A DNA stretch of 64,000 nt from the IMG/VR virus record IMGVR_UViG_3300021424_000003, positions 32,001 through 96,000 of that record. One strand, given 5' to 3'. This stretch comes from a virus. The notes under the pieces were generated by a model that was not told the DNA's origin, did no database searches, and worked only from the letters and a program-made list of their open reading frames with translations. How positions within the stretch are numbered: the stretch's first letter is position 1; the number at the start of each line of letters is the position of its first letter. Both the position numbers and the translations under genes were made by a program. Of the stretch, positions 1 through 10,340 are shown piece by piece.

Positions 1-3000
1 ATCTTCTGCATAACAACATTGGCTATTTCTTCTGGCGAACTATTGCCACCATTGATGTGGAATGTATATGTATTACCACCACTGCTTGAAGTGCCAGCGA
101 CAGCGGTGGAAGACATCGTATTAACAGATGGCGTCATTGCATCGCCTATCGCGCCAGGACCCGGGACGACGTGCAGATGTCTGCTGCCAGCTGTTCCATG
201 GAATTCAGCAAAACCACCCGACTGGCGAGTTAGCACTGCATACTGGCCAAGATTCTGACCAACAAGGTCTATCGCTCTCCCCGTTACATGGTCTGAGTTT
301 ATTGAGCCAAGATTCCCAGTCCTGTATGAGGAAGTAATTGTTCTGTTGCCAGTTAGTTGCGCATTTATTGCGCCATGGCGAGCCATTGTCTGCGATAGAC
401 GCGAAGAAGTTGTATCACCAACAGAAGAGCCACGAGGAGTTGATGTGTCAGCTTTTTCTGCAATAAGTTTTATAAACTTATTCGTCATCCACTCTGGTTT
501 GTTCGTACTGCTGAAGTATATAGCCATATTCTTCGAGAAGTTGTCCACAGCGGTTTTAAACGTTTCGCTGGCAGTATCCATCTTTTCAGCAACCAGATTT
601 GCCCCCTCGTCCATGTCGCTAAGGGAAAGCTTATTGTTTTGTCCGTACTGAGCAAATATTTTGCTAGCTTGAGCCGACATAAATTCAGATTCAGTTGCAA
701 AACCTGAATCTTTAATTAGCTTCTTTTTCTCTTCTTCTGTTTTATCAGCAAGAGGATTTTTAAAGTTAATCTTTCCAGCTTCATAGTCGGTAAGGAACTT
801 ACGTCTGTTATCGGCACTCATTCCAGATATGAGGCCGCCTATCTCTTTATCGTTAGACAGGAACCCAAGACCAGCCATCTGCGCCGATATGTCGGCAGAA
901 GCAGTGCCTATAAATCCCTGCTCTGTTCGTCTGTTTGAGGCATCAAGAGCATTTGTGACTCTATCTGTGAAGAAGTCCTTTGGGTCTATCCCGTACATAA
1001 AGCCACCAGGTTTAAATGCGGCTCCTGGGGCATCCTTTGTTCCTAGCTGGTCCTGCTGACCATAAAGCGCATCAATGGGGCTGTCGAACATAGAAAGTGA
1101 TGATTCCTGGAACTTCTTTAGCGCTTCAATAACAGCTATCGGGTCATTCCCGGAATCGACTGCACTAGCCAATGCAAAACCAGCTTCGTCGTATATTTGT
1201 GGGTCAACTATATTTTTTATGGCTTCGTCAAATGCACTTAAACCATCAGCAAATGAGTCGATGTTCATATTCTTTAGTTCTATCGCTGTTTTTCTAGTGG
1301 CAAATCCAAGGTCTGTAACAAGCTTGGTGAAGTCAACCATAGGGTCATAAAGGTCTATACCAAGTTTCTTTGCTAGTTGTTCAATTTCAGCGCCAGACTT
1401 ACCACTAGCCTCTTGTAGACGTTTCATTCTCACAGTCGTCTGCTCGTCTATGGTCTTCATTGCGTCGATTCTGTCCGGTAGACCTTTTTGCAGCTCTTTA
1501 AAACCAGAAGCCTCATCTTTGTCTAGCTTCTTAAGTTCTTCCTCTGAGAACAGGTCTTTAAATGCTGGGTCTTTTAGGGCGTCCTTGAAAACTGCTTTAT
1601 CTTTTTCTAGTTGCTTTTTACGCCCACCTCTATTGAATAGACCCTTCACTCCGCCAGCTATTCCGCCAACAAGACCGCCGATAGTCCCACCTATTGCTGC
1701 GCCTATTCCAGCCCCTATCGCTATGCCAAGTGGCCCGCCCACTGAACCTAATACTCCACCGGCAACCGTTCCCAAGCCTCCACCAATTTTTGCTCCCCCC
1801 TTAAACCCCCTCCCGGCTTGCTCCAAGGTTGAACCGGCGTACTTACCCTTGAATCCACCCTTCTGTAGTTTCTCCTGAAATCTTCCCAACTTGTCAGCAG
1901 TGTTTCCGGCCACACCACTCAAGCCCGCATCCATATTGGATATGTCGCCGCCTGCTGCCACGGTTGCTTCGATTCTTTTAATTCTTTCACCAGCGGCAAC
2001 AAATTCACTCATCATTATGTTGTCGAGGAATCCATTCATTGCTGCTTTAGCTTCTTTTGCACGTACGGCCATTCCGTTGGTGAATCCCCTAATTGCACCA
2101 GTTATGGTCCCCAGCGCTGCACCAACTGCAGTACCTATGCCAGGAGCAATCATCGTTCCTATTGCGGCACCAGCGCCAGCACCAGTTAATGCTCCAGCCT
2201 TAGCGCTTTGCGCATTAAGAGCTGCGCCTCCAAGACCAACAGCAAGACCGGCAAGCGGGTTGAATTGACCGACTATTCCTCCAAGAGCCATTGCACCCTG
2301 CATCTCTTCAGGCATAAATTGAGACGCAAGAGACATCCCCATACCTACGCCCATCTTTGCGCTCATTGAGTTGTTTATTCCGCCAATGCCAAGTTTTTCG
2401 TTGCCAAGGATTGCGGAGCCAAGTGCGCTTTCTCTTCTTGACCTGTTTGCCAGCCCGGCCATCCTCATGCGCGTCCCTACGCCTTCTCCTCTGCCGGAAA
2501 ATCCTTTTGTGGATACCTGACCAGCTTCGTTTATGGTTCCTATCTGTTGCCCAGTTTTAGTGCTAAGAATTCGACCAGTTGGAACCCTTACGTCATTCCC
2601 ATCGGCATCTTTTACAGTCGTCATTTCTTGGAATGCATACCTACGCCCGGTTGTCTTTGAGCGGAATAGGTCGTTTTCTCTTCCGTCTAGACCAAACGCC
2701 GGGTTGTATTGAGCACGATACATACGGGTTAGAAAATTAAGACGAGATGTTGCCCCAGTTGTTCCTGGTCCTCCAGCTCCCGGGGGCGCGGTGCCAGGTC
2801 CGCCTGTTCCACCGGACGGTGAACCTCCGGCACCAGGAGTCGTTCCAGCTGTGTATCCATTTCCAGGTCCACGTGCACCTGAAGAGAGTCTTTCTCCGCT
2901 ACCAGCGCCAGGGGTGACCCCCCTGGATGAAAGCCATGCGGCTGCTTGGTCTTTTTCCGGTCCAGGCGGGAGCAAGTCATATCTCCTTTGTATTGCTGCT

Positions 3001-4931
3001 ATTCTTGCTGGGCTAGCAGAAGACACGATTTTCGGCTGGGAGGTCGCAACAAGAGCGGAGCTTGTTGCAGTGCCTGTCATTGAACCAGGGCCAATCGCAC
3101 CCATAATTCTTGGACCCGGACCTATAGCCCCCATTGGTCTTGAACCTGGGCCCAACCCCGGATATATGGGCCCGGGTCCTATCGTTCCCCTTGGCTGCTG
3201 TCCGGGACCTATTGGGAGTGGACCGCGAGGTGGTGGGGTTCCTCCTGGTTGAGTAGGTATTGGTCTTCCACCAATATTTACGACCGGGGTATTGATGTTT
3301 ACAGTGTTCGGAGCCATGGCATTGTCTTTGCCCAGATATCCGCCTTTATGCCCCTTCATCTGGCGGAACATTATTGCTAGTGCCATCAGTCCAGCGCCAC
3401 CCTTGCCACCGAACATGTTCGTAAACATTCCAAATATGCTATTAAGCATCTTTACAACATCCGTGAGTCCCTTAACTAGGTCGTTTATAAATGGCAATGC
3501 GTCAAAGAATGCTTTTCTAAATGTTTTGGATATATCCATCACCGCATTAAGCAAATTTCCGATATTAGTACCAAGCTCCCCGAGGTCATCCTTGTATTTA
3601 ATTACCTGCTCATTGAATTGACCAAGGGCGTCTTTTATGCCTGCCTTAAGTTCTTTCCATATGTTGCCAAACATTCCCTCAATGGCCCTGGCGCCCTCGA
3701 TGTATGGCTTTAGGTTCTCTTTAGTTATTCTGAACCATCTACTTACTCTTTGCCACCAGTTCCCAATGTCTTTGAAAAATCCTTTTGTTTCGGGAAGCCA
3801 TTCACGTACAAGTTTTACAAAGAAATTAGACGTCTTCTCTATACCGCTGACAAGCGAGTCCATCATTGGTCCGCGACCGAATTCAGCAAGTGAGCCGGAT
3901 ACCCGAAGAAGGTCTTTCCTTATGATGCGATATATTTTCTCTATCGCTACCTTTGCTGGGCCGAGGAATTCCTGACCGAAATCTCCGAAATCTCCTCTAA
4001 GGAGAGTGAAATACTTTTTTATTGATGCAATAAGAGTTTGATTCACTGCTTCAAACTGACCGGCCACACCGCCCATTTTGGCTAGTTCGCCAGACATGAT
4101 TAGGGCTTTAAGTTCTTTCTTAGATGTAACTTTTGCCTTCTTGAGCGCAGCTTCCATTTCTGGGCCGAGTTCTTTAGCGGCAGCCTTAACATCAGTCATA
4201 CTCTTCTTTGAGTCATTTAGGGCGGCAATAACGGCACCGACCTGCTCAGCAGCCTGTGCTGGGTCCTTACCTGCTGCACCGAAATCCATAAGATTCTTTA
4301 GGAGCCCACTTGTCTTTGCTATCTGAGCAGAGTTCATTGACTTAGACATCGATGTATACGCTTTATTTATTGCTTCGACACCAAGGCCTGCCAGGTTTGC
4401 GTCCCTTTGCAAAGCTCGCATCGATGCTCTCGTTTGGTTGAGTCCTGCACCAAACGCAGGTGCGCCCTTGCCCTTGAAGGCATACATCGCTGCTTGCGAT
4501 TCACGTTGAGCAGCAGCAAAAGTTCCCAAAGCAACTGCGGCCGACGCCGCAGCACCAGCTATGGCAGTCATGCCAAATGCGTACGCTTTATGAAGATACT
4601 TTCCAGCAACAAATAGAGCGTGGATTCCGACTAGCGCAGCAGATAGTAGCGCCATCTGAATCAGGGTTCCCTTAATTGCCAGACCGAGAACCTTAGACAG
4701 GCCCATGCCCATCATCTTGATTCCTTTGTCCATTGAGTCGAAGACTTTTCTTGTCCTCGTAGCAGCAATCAGGAAGGTTGACATCTGTGTGCCAGCCACC
4801 TGAGCGCCAGAGGAAAGGCGCGACATCCTCCGCTCTAGGCCGGTTATGGCTTTATCGAGGGCTTTTACTTCGGCAGCGCCCTGTAACGCTCCCTTTACCT
4901 CAATATTAATTGTCGCTTCGGCCCTAGCCAT
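1..4931 (-). CDS. Tape measure protein (runs off the left edge, 3' end not in window) with C-terminal M15/LAS-type peptidase motifs
   Basis: Not in the ORF track because it has no stop in the window. ATG at 4931 (MARAEATINIEVKG...); the same frame was read at about 4800, 2890 and 180. Ala/Gly-rich helical sequence directly downstream of tail chaperone/tube/sheath. SDHVTGRAIDL...RHLHV at about 300-170. Confidence 0.9.
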   Translation of the reverse strand, partial: MARAEATINIEVKGALQGAAEVKALDKAITGLERRMSRLSSGAQVAGTQMSTFLIAATRTRKVFDSMDKGIKMMGMGLSKVLGLAIKGTLIQMALLSAALVGIHALFVAGKYLHKAYAFGMTAIAGAAASAAVALGTFAAAQRESQAAMYAFKGKGAPAFGAGLNQTRASMRALQRDANLAGLGVEAINKAYTSMSKSMNSAQIAKTSGLLKNLMDFGAAGKDPAQAAEQVGAVIAALNDSKKSMTDVKAAAKELGPEMEAALKKAKVTSKKELKALIMSGELAKMGGVAGQFEAVNQTLIASIKKYFTLLRGDFGDFGQEFLGPAKVAIEKIYRIIRKDLLRVSGSLAEFGRGPMMDSLVSGIEKTSNFFVKLVREWLPETKGFFKDIGNWWQRVSRWFRITKENLKPYIEGARAIEGMFGNIWKELKAGIKDALGQFNEQVIKYKDDLGELGTNIGNLLNAVMDISKTFRKAFFDALPFINDLVKGLTDVVKMLNSIFGMFTNMFGGKGGAGLMALAIMFRQMKGHKGGYLGKDNAMAPNTVNINTPVVNIGGRPIPTQPGGTPPPRGPLPIGPGQQPRGTIGPGPIYPGLGPGSRPMGAIGPGPRIMGAIGPGSMTGTATSSALVATSQPKIVSSASPARIAAIQRRYDLLPPGPEKDQAAAWLSSRGVTPGAGSGERLSSGARGPGNGYTAGTTPGAGGSPSGGTGGPGTAPPGAGGPGTTGATSRLNFLTRMYRAQYNPAFGLDGRENDLFRSKTTGRRYAFQEMTTVKDADGNDVRVPTGRILSTKTGQQIGTINEAGQVSTKGFSGRGEGVGTRMRMAGLANRSRRESALGSAILGNEKLGIGGINNSMSAKMGVGMGMSLASQFMPEEMQGAMALGGIVGQFNPLAGLAVGLGGAALNAQSAKAGALTGAGAGAAIGTMIAPGIGTAVGAALGTITGAIRGFTNGMAVRAKEAKAAMNGFLDNIMMSEFVAAGERIKRIEATVAAGGDISNMDAGLSGVAGNTADKLGRFQEKLQKGGFKGKYAGSTLEQAGRGFKGGAKIGGGLGTVAGGVLGSVGGPLGIAIGAGIGAAIGGTIGGLVGGIAGGVKGLFNRGGRKKQLEKDKAVFKDALKDPAFKDLFSEEELKKLDKDEASGFKELQKGLPDRIDAMKTIDEQTTVRMKRLQEASGKSGAEIEQLAKKLGIDLYDPMVDFTKLVTDLGFATRKTAIELKNMNIDSFADGLSAFDEAIKNIVDPQIYDEAGFALASAVDSGNDPIAVIEALKKFQESSLSMFDSPIDALYGQQDQLGTKDAPGAAFKPGGFMYGIDPKDFFTDRVTNALDASNRRTEQGFIGTASADISAQMAGLGFLSNDKEIGGLISGMSADNRRKFLTDYEAGKINFKNPLADKTEEEKKKLIKDSGFATESEFMSAQASKIFAQYGQNNKLSLSDMDEGANLVAEKMDTASETFKTAVDNFSKNMAIYFSSTNKPEWMTNKFIKLIAEKADTSTPRGSSVGDTTSSRLSQTMARHGAINAQLTGNRTITSSYRTGNLGSINSDHVTGRAIDLVGQNLGQYAVLTRQSGGFAEFHGTAGSRHLHVVPGPGAIGDAMTPSVNTMSSTAVAGTSSSGGNTYTFHINGGNSSPEEIANVVMQK

Positions 4932-4998
4932 AGGCGCTCCAACACTCTCAGACGATTTCTGTTTTAAAAAAATCGCGTGAGTGTAGGATGGCCAGGCT

Positions 4999-5190
4999 TT
5001 AGCCGGCGGCTTTCGCCCTACGCTCCTGCTCTTCGCGGTCGTTACTTATAACTTTAGCACAGGCAAGACGTATCAACCACTCCTCCTCAGAGGAGGCAAG
5101 AATAAGCACGGGGTCCGTGCCAAACAGTTCCCCAAGTCTGGCCGAAGATATGACCAGTGGGTCTTCAACTAATTCGTCGAAGACCCCTTC
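4999..5190 (-). CDS. -1 frameshift extension of the tail assembly chaperone (gpGT-like)
   Basis: Open -1 frame EGVFDELVEDPLVISSARLGELFGTDP...RAKAAG* with no ATG, overlapping the chaperone 3' end (GAC CCT ACG AAG GGG TCT) and ending just before the tape measure start. Confidence 0.7.
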   Translation of the reverse strand, partial: EGVFDELVEDPLVISSARLGELFGTDPVLILASSEEEWLIRLACAKVISNDREEQERRAKAAG

Positions 5191-5705
5191 GTAGGGTCCT
5201 CGACATCAACCGAATCGGAGTACCCGGCGGCGTCAAGAATCGAAAGAGCCGCAGCTTCGATGTGTGGGTCAACACCGAAGAACTCACGAACACAATCCGG
5301 AAGAGGCCTTGTCGTCTGAGTCATTTCGAGAATTGCGGGGGAGGCGAACGTCAGCTCATTGCCATTGTCGTCAAATACCTCTTCATCATCAAAGAGGAGA
5401 CCGATTGTTGTATGCCCAATAACTGAACATGCAAAACGTGTTGCATCCATGCCGTTTCTGGTGTCCTCACCAGCCTGCTTACGCCAGTTTTTCATCTGAT
5501 TTTGAGTGATGTTGGGGCTTATCTTTATCTTGACGCCAGGACGTTCTGGAACTGGGATATAGACAATGGGACGCTCCACTTTTTTCCTGATGACAGCAGA
5601 AAGCTTCTGGAGGGGGGTTTCGTTTGCCGGTAATTCGGCAGCCCTGCCCTTTGCCTTTGCGGGAGTCGGACTATCTGTTGTGTAAAGTTCAGTGTTATCG
5701 CTCAT
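5169..5705 (-). CDS. Tail assembly chaperone
   Basis: 178 aa between tube and tape measure, followed by an overlapping -1 frame. Confidence 0.75.
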   Translation of the reverse strand: MSDNTELYTTDSPTPAKAKGRAAELPANETPLQKLSAVIRKKVERPIVYIPVPERPGVKIKISPNITQNQMKNWRKQAGEDTRNGMDATRFACSVIGHTTIGLLFDDEEVFDDNGNELTFASPAILEMTQTTRPLPDCVREFFGVDPHIEAAALSILDAAGYSDSVDVEDPTKGSSTN

Positions 5706-5757
5706 AGCGGAGAAACTAGCACACGAATCTGTGCGCTGCGTGAACTAGATAAAATTA

Positions 5758-6237
5758 TCAGCCAGCAGCACCCGCGCCAGACTCCACGTCTGAAATTGCA
5801 AATGTGAGGGAAAATGTGGCTGGGGCACCCGAGGATGAGTCGCCGTCTGGCTCCGTTATTCCTACCAGCAGGGCCTTTGCGTACACGCGGTCTGTGCCGG
5901 GAACCTTGAGGTCGCAGTCGAAGGTCTCAACCGTGATGTCATATTCCGCACGGCCGACCAGCGGACGAAGGGAGGCGATTTTCTCACCAATACCGGTGTT
6001 CGAGTCGGAGGCGATACGGTCATCGTCGTAGTGAGCAGTAAGCGTAATGTCGCCAACTTCAGATGGAGCACAGAGAACCGTTGGGCGCAGCTTGCCGCCC
6101 TCATAAATCTTCTCCACCGATGCGGTAATTTCGCCACCGGACACTTGAGCAAAGTAAAAGCCCGTCCATTTGGGGTGCTTTTCCGGAGCGACCGGAACAA
6201 TGCTCGCTAGTACTTGACGCTGAGATACTTTTGCCAT
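5758..6237 (-). CDS. Tail tube protein
   Basis: 159 aa directly after the sheath; FAQVSGGEIT...YEGG...GDITLT pattern typical of contractile tail tubes. Confidence 0.8.
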   Translation of the reverse strand: MAKVSQRQVLASIVPVAPEKHPKWTGFYFAQVSGGEITASVEKIYEGGKLRPTVLCAPSEVGDITLTAHYDDDRIASDSNTGIGEKIASLRPLVGRAEYDITVETFDCDLKVPGTDRVYAKALLVGITEPDGDSSSGAPATFSLTFAISDVESGAGAAG

Positions 6238-6251
6238 ATTTCTATCCCTCT

Positions 6252-7772
6252 CTAGACGACGCTAGCTGTTAGGTTCGACTTAATGATGTCGACTTCGATT
6301 TTGTCGCCAACGCTGCTGGTGCGGACACCAACTTTTGCCTTCACCGTGCCGCCAGCGAGCTGGCTAACGGGGTTGAGGGCTGCGTCACACCGAACGGTGT
6401 AGCCATTGTCGATTTTCTTACCATTTGCATCAAACGCCTGGAATAGCGCACCCTGCTCGCGCATCGGAGCAAGAATCGCTATGAGTCTAGAAGTAATCGC
6501 CGAGAAGATGGTGTCACGACCATCGATTACGCCGAACACTAGGTCTTCCAGCGAGCGCTGTGACTCCACAACCACGTGGTTAACAATTTCCTGAGTGGTA
6601 ATGAATCTGAAGTTCTCGTCATCGAACGAAAGCGCACGGGCTCCATAGATTCTTACCGAGTTCTGAATAATTCTGATTGCATTGATGTTGTTTAAATCCA
6701 GATTGTCGCCTGTCACCTTGTTGATATCTGCAGCAACCCCAGTGATAAATCTTCCCGCAGAAACTAGGCCAGCCGCCGGAACGTGAGCACCAGATTGATT
6801 GTGTGCGAGAGAGCGCTTAGCAGCTACATAGCCATCGGGCGGGATTCTCCGGATAACACCAGCTGTCGCAGTTGGCGCATCGACCCATGGGTAGTACATC
6901 GCTGCATGCTCTGAGCCATCTTCGGTCGATAGTGTTAGGGACTTAGCAGCCGCCTCGGATACGCTGTCATCTATGCCAGCATGAATTATTGCAATTCTGT
7001 TGTATTCATTTGCGTGAGCAATCAGTGCGTTTGAAATTTCAGGTGAAGCTTTTGTATCGCCGTCGTAGTCTGTATATGGGCTTGCTCCAGTAACTCTTCC
7101 GGCAGTTTCGCCGTCGGGGATTGAAACGGCACCAGTACCGAATGCGTCGTTGAACAAATCAAGACCGCCAATCAGGGCTGCGTCGTCAACGCTCGCTAGG
7201 TCGTCGAGTCCAGCAGTTAGCGCCGTAGAAGCCAGTGGTTCTGGAATCGTTGTAGCTCCAGATACTACTTCCGCCGAAACGTAACGAGAGGCAACTGAGC
7301 TGAGGTTAATTCTGCCAGCAGCCTGAGCAACCGTTGCAACAGTTCCTGTTGAGTAGACAATAACATCGTCGTACGAAACACTGATTACGAATGTTGAAGA
7401 TGTTGGGTTTGTTACTGTCACTTTAATATTCGAGCTCCATGCACCAGGGCCGTTTGCTGAAATTGTTAGAACTGGGTCGTCATCTGCGTCCTGCAAGACC
7501 TTAGTACCCGTTGATGCACCGCTGCCCACTACGCGGGCTACGTAGCATTGTGTGCCGCCTTCCTCGAAAAACGTTTCGACAGTTGGATGTAGGTATGAAT
7601 AGGCGACATATTCACCGTAGATGCTTTCAAAGTCAGCAATACTCTGCACAAGAGTTGCAGAATCAACTGGGCCGCGTGGCGCGAGACCAACAAAGAAGGC
7701 CTGCGAAGACTCGCGAACTGTTGCTGATGATGGGCCCGTTCTAACTGCTGTTGAGATAACTACGCCTGGCAT
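6252..7772 (-). CDS. Tail sheath protein
   Basis: MPGVVI start, FFVG..PRGP, FFEEGGTQCYVARV, YYPWV, PPDGYVAA, INAIR..RIYGARAL motifs of contractile sheath proteins. Confidence 0.93.
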   Translation of the reverse strand: MPGVVISTAVRTGPSSATVRESSQAFFVGLAPRGPVDSATLVQSIADFESIYGEYVAYSYLHPTVETFFEEGGTQCYVARVVGSGASTGTKVLQDADDDPVLTISANGPGAWSSNIKVTVTNPTSSTFVISVSYDDVIVYSTGTVATVAQAAGRINLSSVASRYVSAEVVSGATTIPEPLASTALTAGLDDLASVDDAALIGGLDLFNDAFGTGAVSIPDGETAGRVTGASPYTDYDGDTKASPEISNALIAHANEYNRIAIIHAGIDDSVSEAAAKSLTLSTEDGSEHAAMYYPWVDAPTATAGVIRRIPPDGYVAAKRSLAHNQSGAHVPAAGLVSAGRFITGVAADINKVTGDNLDLNNINAIRIIQNSVRIYGARALSFDDENFRFITTQEIVNHVVVESQRSLEDLVFGVIDGRDTIFSAITSRLIAILAPMREQGALFQAFDANGKKIDNGYTVRCDAALNPVSQLAGGTVKAKVGVRTSSVGDKIEVDIIKSNLTASVV

Positions 7773-7893
7773 AAGACCTTCCTCTGTTTATATCGATGGG
7801 CAATGCCGTCTAACAAATTATATTGTACAGACGGTAATCCTCCAACTATTGCAACTGTTCTCAAAGAATAGTTCGATTTAAATAATAACACTT

Positions 7894-8520
7894 TTAGTCC
7901 GCCGTCAGCTCTGGTATCTGGTCGGTCAATTTACCGCCGACGACCGTGAACTGAATTTCGTTTGCAATTCCTATTGGCCTGCGAGAAACAACTTCGTCTA
8001 TGTCCATGTTGTACCCGATATAGGCGCCAGCCATTACTCTGTCGCCCTTAAGCAATGTCAAATCAGAAAATTCCTCCCTAAGCGTTCCCTCATCAATCAT
8101 GGCTCGGAAGGAATTTCTAGAGTCATATGCCTTCATGCACGGATAGTCGAGGATTGCCGCCCTCACTACGGTAGTAAGCCTGTCCCTCATAATTGTGGCC
8201 TCTTCGGGACCCTCTGTTTTGACCCAAACATATGTCCGCATGGCGTACCCGACGCGATAAAGGGGGTCAGGACCATCAAACCCAATACGCTCAAAGCCAG
8301 ATGTAGATATAGCCAAATTCACGACTAGCGGCCATGCATCTATGGCCAATGGTTCGTGAACTGTGTATTCTTCTGGCGAAGGAAGTGTTTGGTCGTCGAC
8401 GCCCCACCCGTTTCTATAATCAATAATTCTTACCGGGATGTCTTCTTTAAGATAATTATTGACATACGCTTTCGCAAACTGCGGGCCATGCATTAGTGGG
8501 TAGCCAGGTGCCTCAGCCAT
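7894..8520 (-). CDS. Probable tail completion/terminator protein
   Basis: 208 aa immediately upstream of the sheath in the neck cluster; call is positional. Confidence 0.5.
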   Translation of the reverse strand: MAEAPGYPLMHGPQFAKAYVNNYLKEDIPVRIIDYRNGWGVDDQTLPSPEEYTVHEPLAIDAWPLVVNLAISTSGFERIGFDGPDPLYRVGYAMRTYVWVKTEGPEEATIMRDRLTTVVRAAILDYPCMKAYDSRNSFRAMIDEGTLREEFSDLTLLKGDRVMAGAYIGYNMDIDEVVSRRPIGIANEIQFTVVGGKLTDQIPELTAD

Positions 8521-8993
8521 TATGCGGGCAGCCCTTCATTTCCTTCAGTAATATAATTCGCCATTTTTTCAGCGAGGTCATTAAGAAAAGTTTCATTAAT
8601 AAATACTATTTCGCGTTTTGGCATTTTGCTTGTTCCTGTTTGATGAAACTGAGCATATGGAACGCCGGTGCCAAAGGTGGCGGAAAGCTTGTCTATTTTG
8701 TTTACGAGGGGGTCGGATAGTTCTGCAACACTTCTGAACAGTCTTCCGCTCCGAACAAGAGTTGGTGCTCCAGGGTAGCGAGCTAGTTTCCATGATGCGT
8801 ACTCTGCGCTCAACGGTGCCCATCCACCAACCTCTAGCCCCTGTGAAGTGAAATTATCGGCGAAAGTTCTTTTAAGCTGCTGATGCGCCCATCTAAAAGC
8901 GGGCCTAACATCAGTTATTCTTGATTTCATTCCATCTATAAGGTCATCTACTTCGTCAGCTCTGACCTCAACTTGTATTCGTACTCTTCCCAT
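8520..8993 (-). CDS. Virion morphogenesis (neck) protein, Mu gpG-like
   Basis: F..QG...GWAPLS..Y...K, LVRSGRL, GTGVPYAQFHQTGT.KMPKR motifs. Confidence 0.8.
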   Translation of the reverse strand: MGRVRIQVEVRADEVDDLIDGMKSRITDVRPAFRWAHQQLKRTFADNFTSQGLEVGGWAPLSAEYASWKLARYPGAPTLVRSGRLFRSVAELSDPLVNKIDKLSATFGTGVPYAQFHQTGTSKMPKREIVFINETFLNDLAEKMANYITEGNEGLPA

Positions 8994-9640
8994 TATGAAA
9001 CTCTACTGCGTCTGTACTTCCTTATAGAAAGTAACTCTGAGTCCAAGAATCCGGTCACCAGTGGTCCGACGTTTCTAGTTTCTAAATCTTTCAACCCAAC
9101 CACATCGTCATGCATGTTTTGCATTTCACGAGATGCAGCCCGAAGAATTAAAAGCTTAAATATGGGTATATTGCCCCCGTCTAGCCCTGCAGTGTACGAA
9201 ATTGTTATCTTGTCACCATCTAGGGCGTAGTAATAGTCGATGCCAAATCTTCTTTTAACATAATCAACTTCCTCTATAAGTGTTCTTTCTGTGCTGCCTA
9301 CTGGCTTTACTTTTACCTCATCGACAGAAACAACTGGAGAGTTTCTAAGGTAGATAGTGTGTGGTGGTTCGGCATATTCCGACATTTCAACAGGGTTTGT
9401 ATTAACAAATGAATCTGTGTACTGAGACGTTGGAGTAGATAGGAACGAACCCATCGGCACGCCGCGAAAACCTGATTCAATTACGTACTCTTCTTCAAAT
9501 TCTTCAACTTCTACAGGCCTACGAAGGTAGCCCTCCATTTCTGACTGAAGGCCTGCAAGGACTATGTCTGCAGCATCCTGCTGACGTAAAGATAATTTTA
9601 TGTCCATGTATGTGATTAGGTCAGATTTATTAACCAACAT
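8993..9640 (-). CDS. Head-tail adaptor/connector
   Basis: LV...DL..Y N-terminus, E.YL.R, SPVVSVDEV, ITISYTAG and C-terminal L..YRR pattern. Confidence 0.7.
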   Translation of the reverse strand: MLVNKSDLITYMDIKLSLRQQDAADIVLAGLQSEMEGYLRRPVEVEEFEEEYVIESGFRGVPMGSFLSTPTSQYTDSFVNTNPVEMSEYAEPPHTIYLRNSPVVSVDEVKVKPVGSTERTLIEEVDYVKRRFGIDYYYALDGDKITISYTAGLDGGNIPIFKLLILRAASREMQNMHDDVVGLKDLETRNVGPLVTGFLDSELLSIRKYRRSRVS

Positions 9641-9673
9641 GCCTAGACTCCAGCGGTAGTCGTCATTTTGCGA

Positions 9674-10258
9674 CTACTTTTTTCTCTTAGGGGCTGCCTT
9701 CTTGGGCTTAGCGGCTTTCTTTGCTGTTTTCCTAGCAGCAGCTTTTTTCTTTAACTTTGCACGTGCCTTGGATGCAGCGTCTGTCTGCTTCTTGCGCTGT
9801 TTTCTAATTTCAGCAAGTATGGAGCCCTGCGAACCTCGACCAGCCCGCCTCCCGCGTGCTGTTGCTCTGGCGTAGTCGGCCCTGTCGGCTTCATCCATTG
9901 CCGGACGCGCTTTGTACCCCCGCCTACGACCGATGTCTTGCCTGCCTTCTGGACTTTCTGCGAGACCAAGAATTCCGGGCCCTCTCCTCTTCCTGTATAG
10001 GCTGCCGCCTACTGCGCGAACTTCTTCCTCTGAGGCATAGCCTTGACGGCTGAGCGAAGACTTGGCAAGGCGATTTCTGGTTTGCTTGTCGCCAAATACC
10101 CGGCTTGTATATTCCTCTATCGCCTTTAGCTTATTATTCAGCATGGTCCTTCTTGGGCCGGTCTTTAAGCCCCTTAGCTGTCTACGGATTTCTTTCTCAA
10201 AATCCATTGCAGCAGCGGCGTCGTCTGTTATATCTGGGCCATAACGCAGTCCTGGCAT
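9674..10258 (-). CDS. Highly basic protein with histone-like AKK C-terminal tail
   Basis: Arg/Lys-rich; ends KKKAAARKTAKKAAKPKKAAPKRKK. Confidence 0.6.
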   Translation of the reverse strand: MPGLRYGPDITDDAAAAMDFEKEIRRQLRGLKTGPRRTMLNNKLKAIEEYTSRVFGDKQTRNRLAKSSLSRQGYASEEEVRAVGGSLYRKRRGPGILGLAESPEGRQDIGRRRGYKARPAMDEADRADYARATARGRRAGRGSQGSILAEIRKQRKKQTDAASKARAKLKKKAAARKTAKKAAKPKKAAPKRKK

Positions 10259-10340
10259 AAATCCCCGCTTCAGTTAAAAAGGACTTTATGAACAGAGTAT
10301 ACCATTTTTGATATTTAGGGTACTAATAAAAACCCGCTGA

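Noticed and set aside
19-4616. Many plus-strand ORFs over 1-4.6 kb, and minus-strand ORFs over 21-48 kb
   Set aside because: Antisense shadows of long real genes on the opposite strand.
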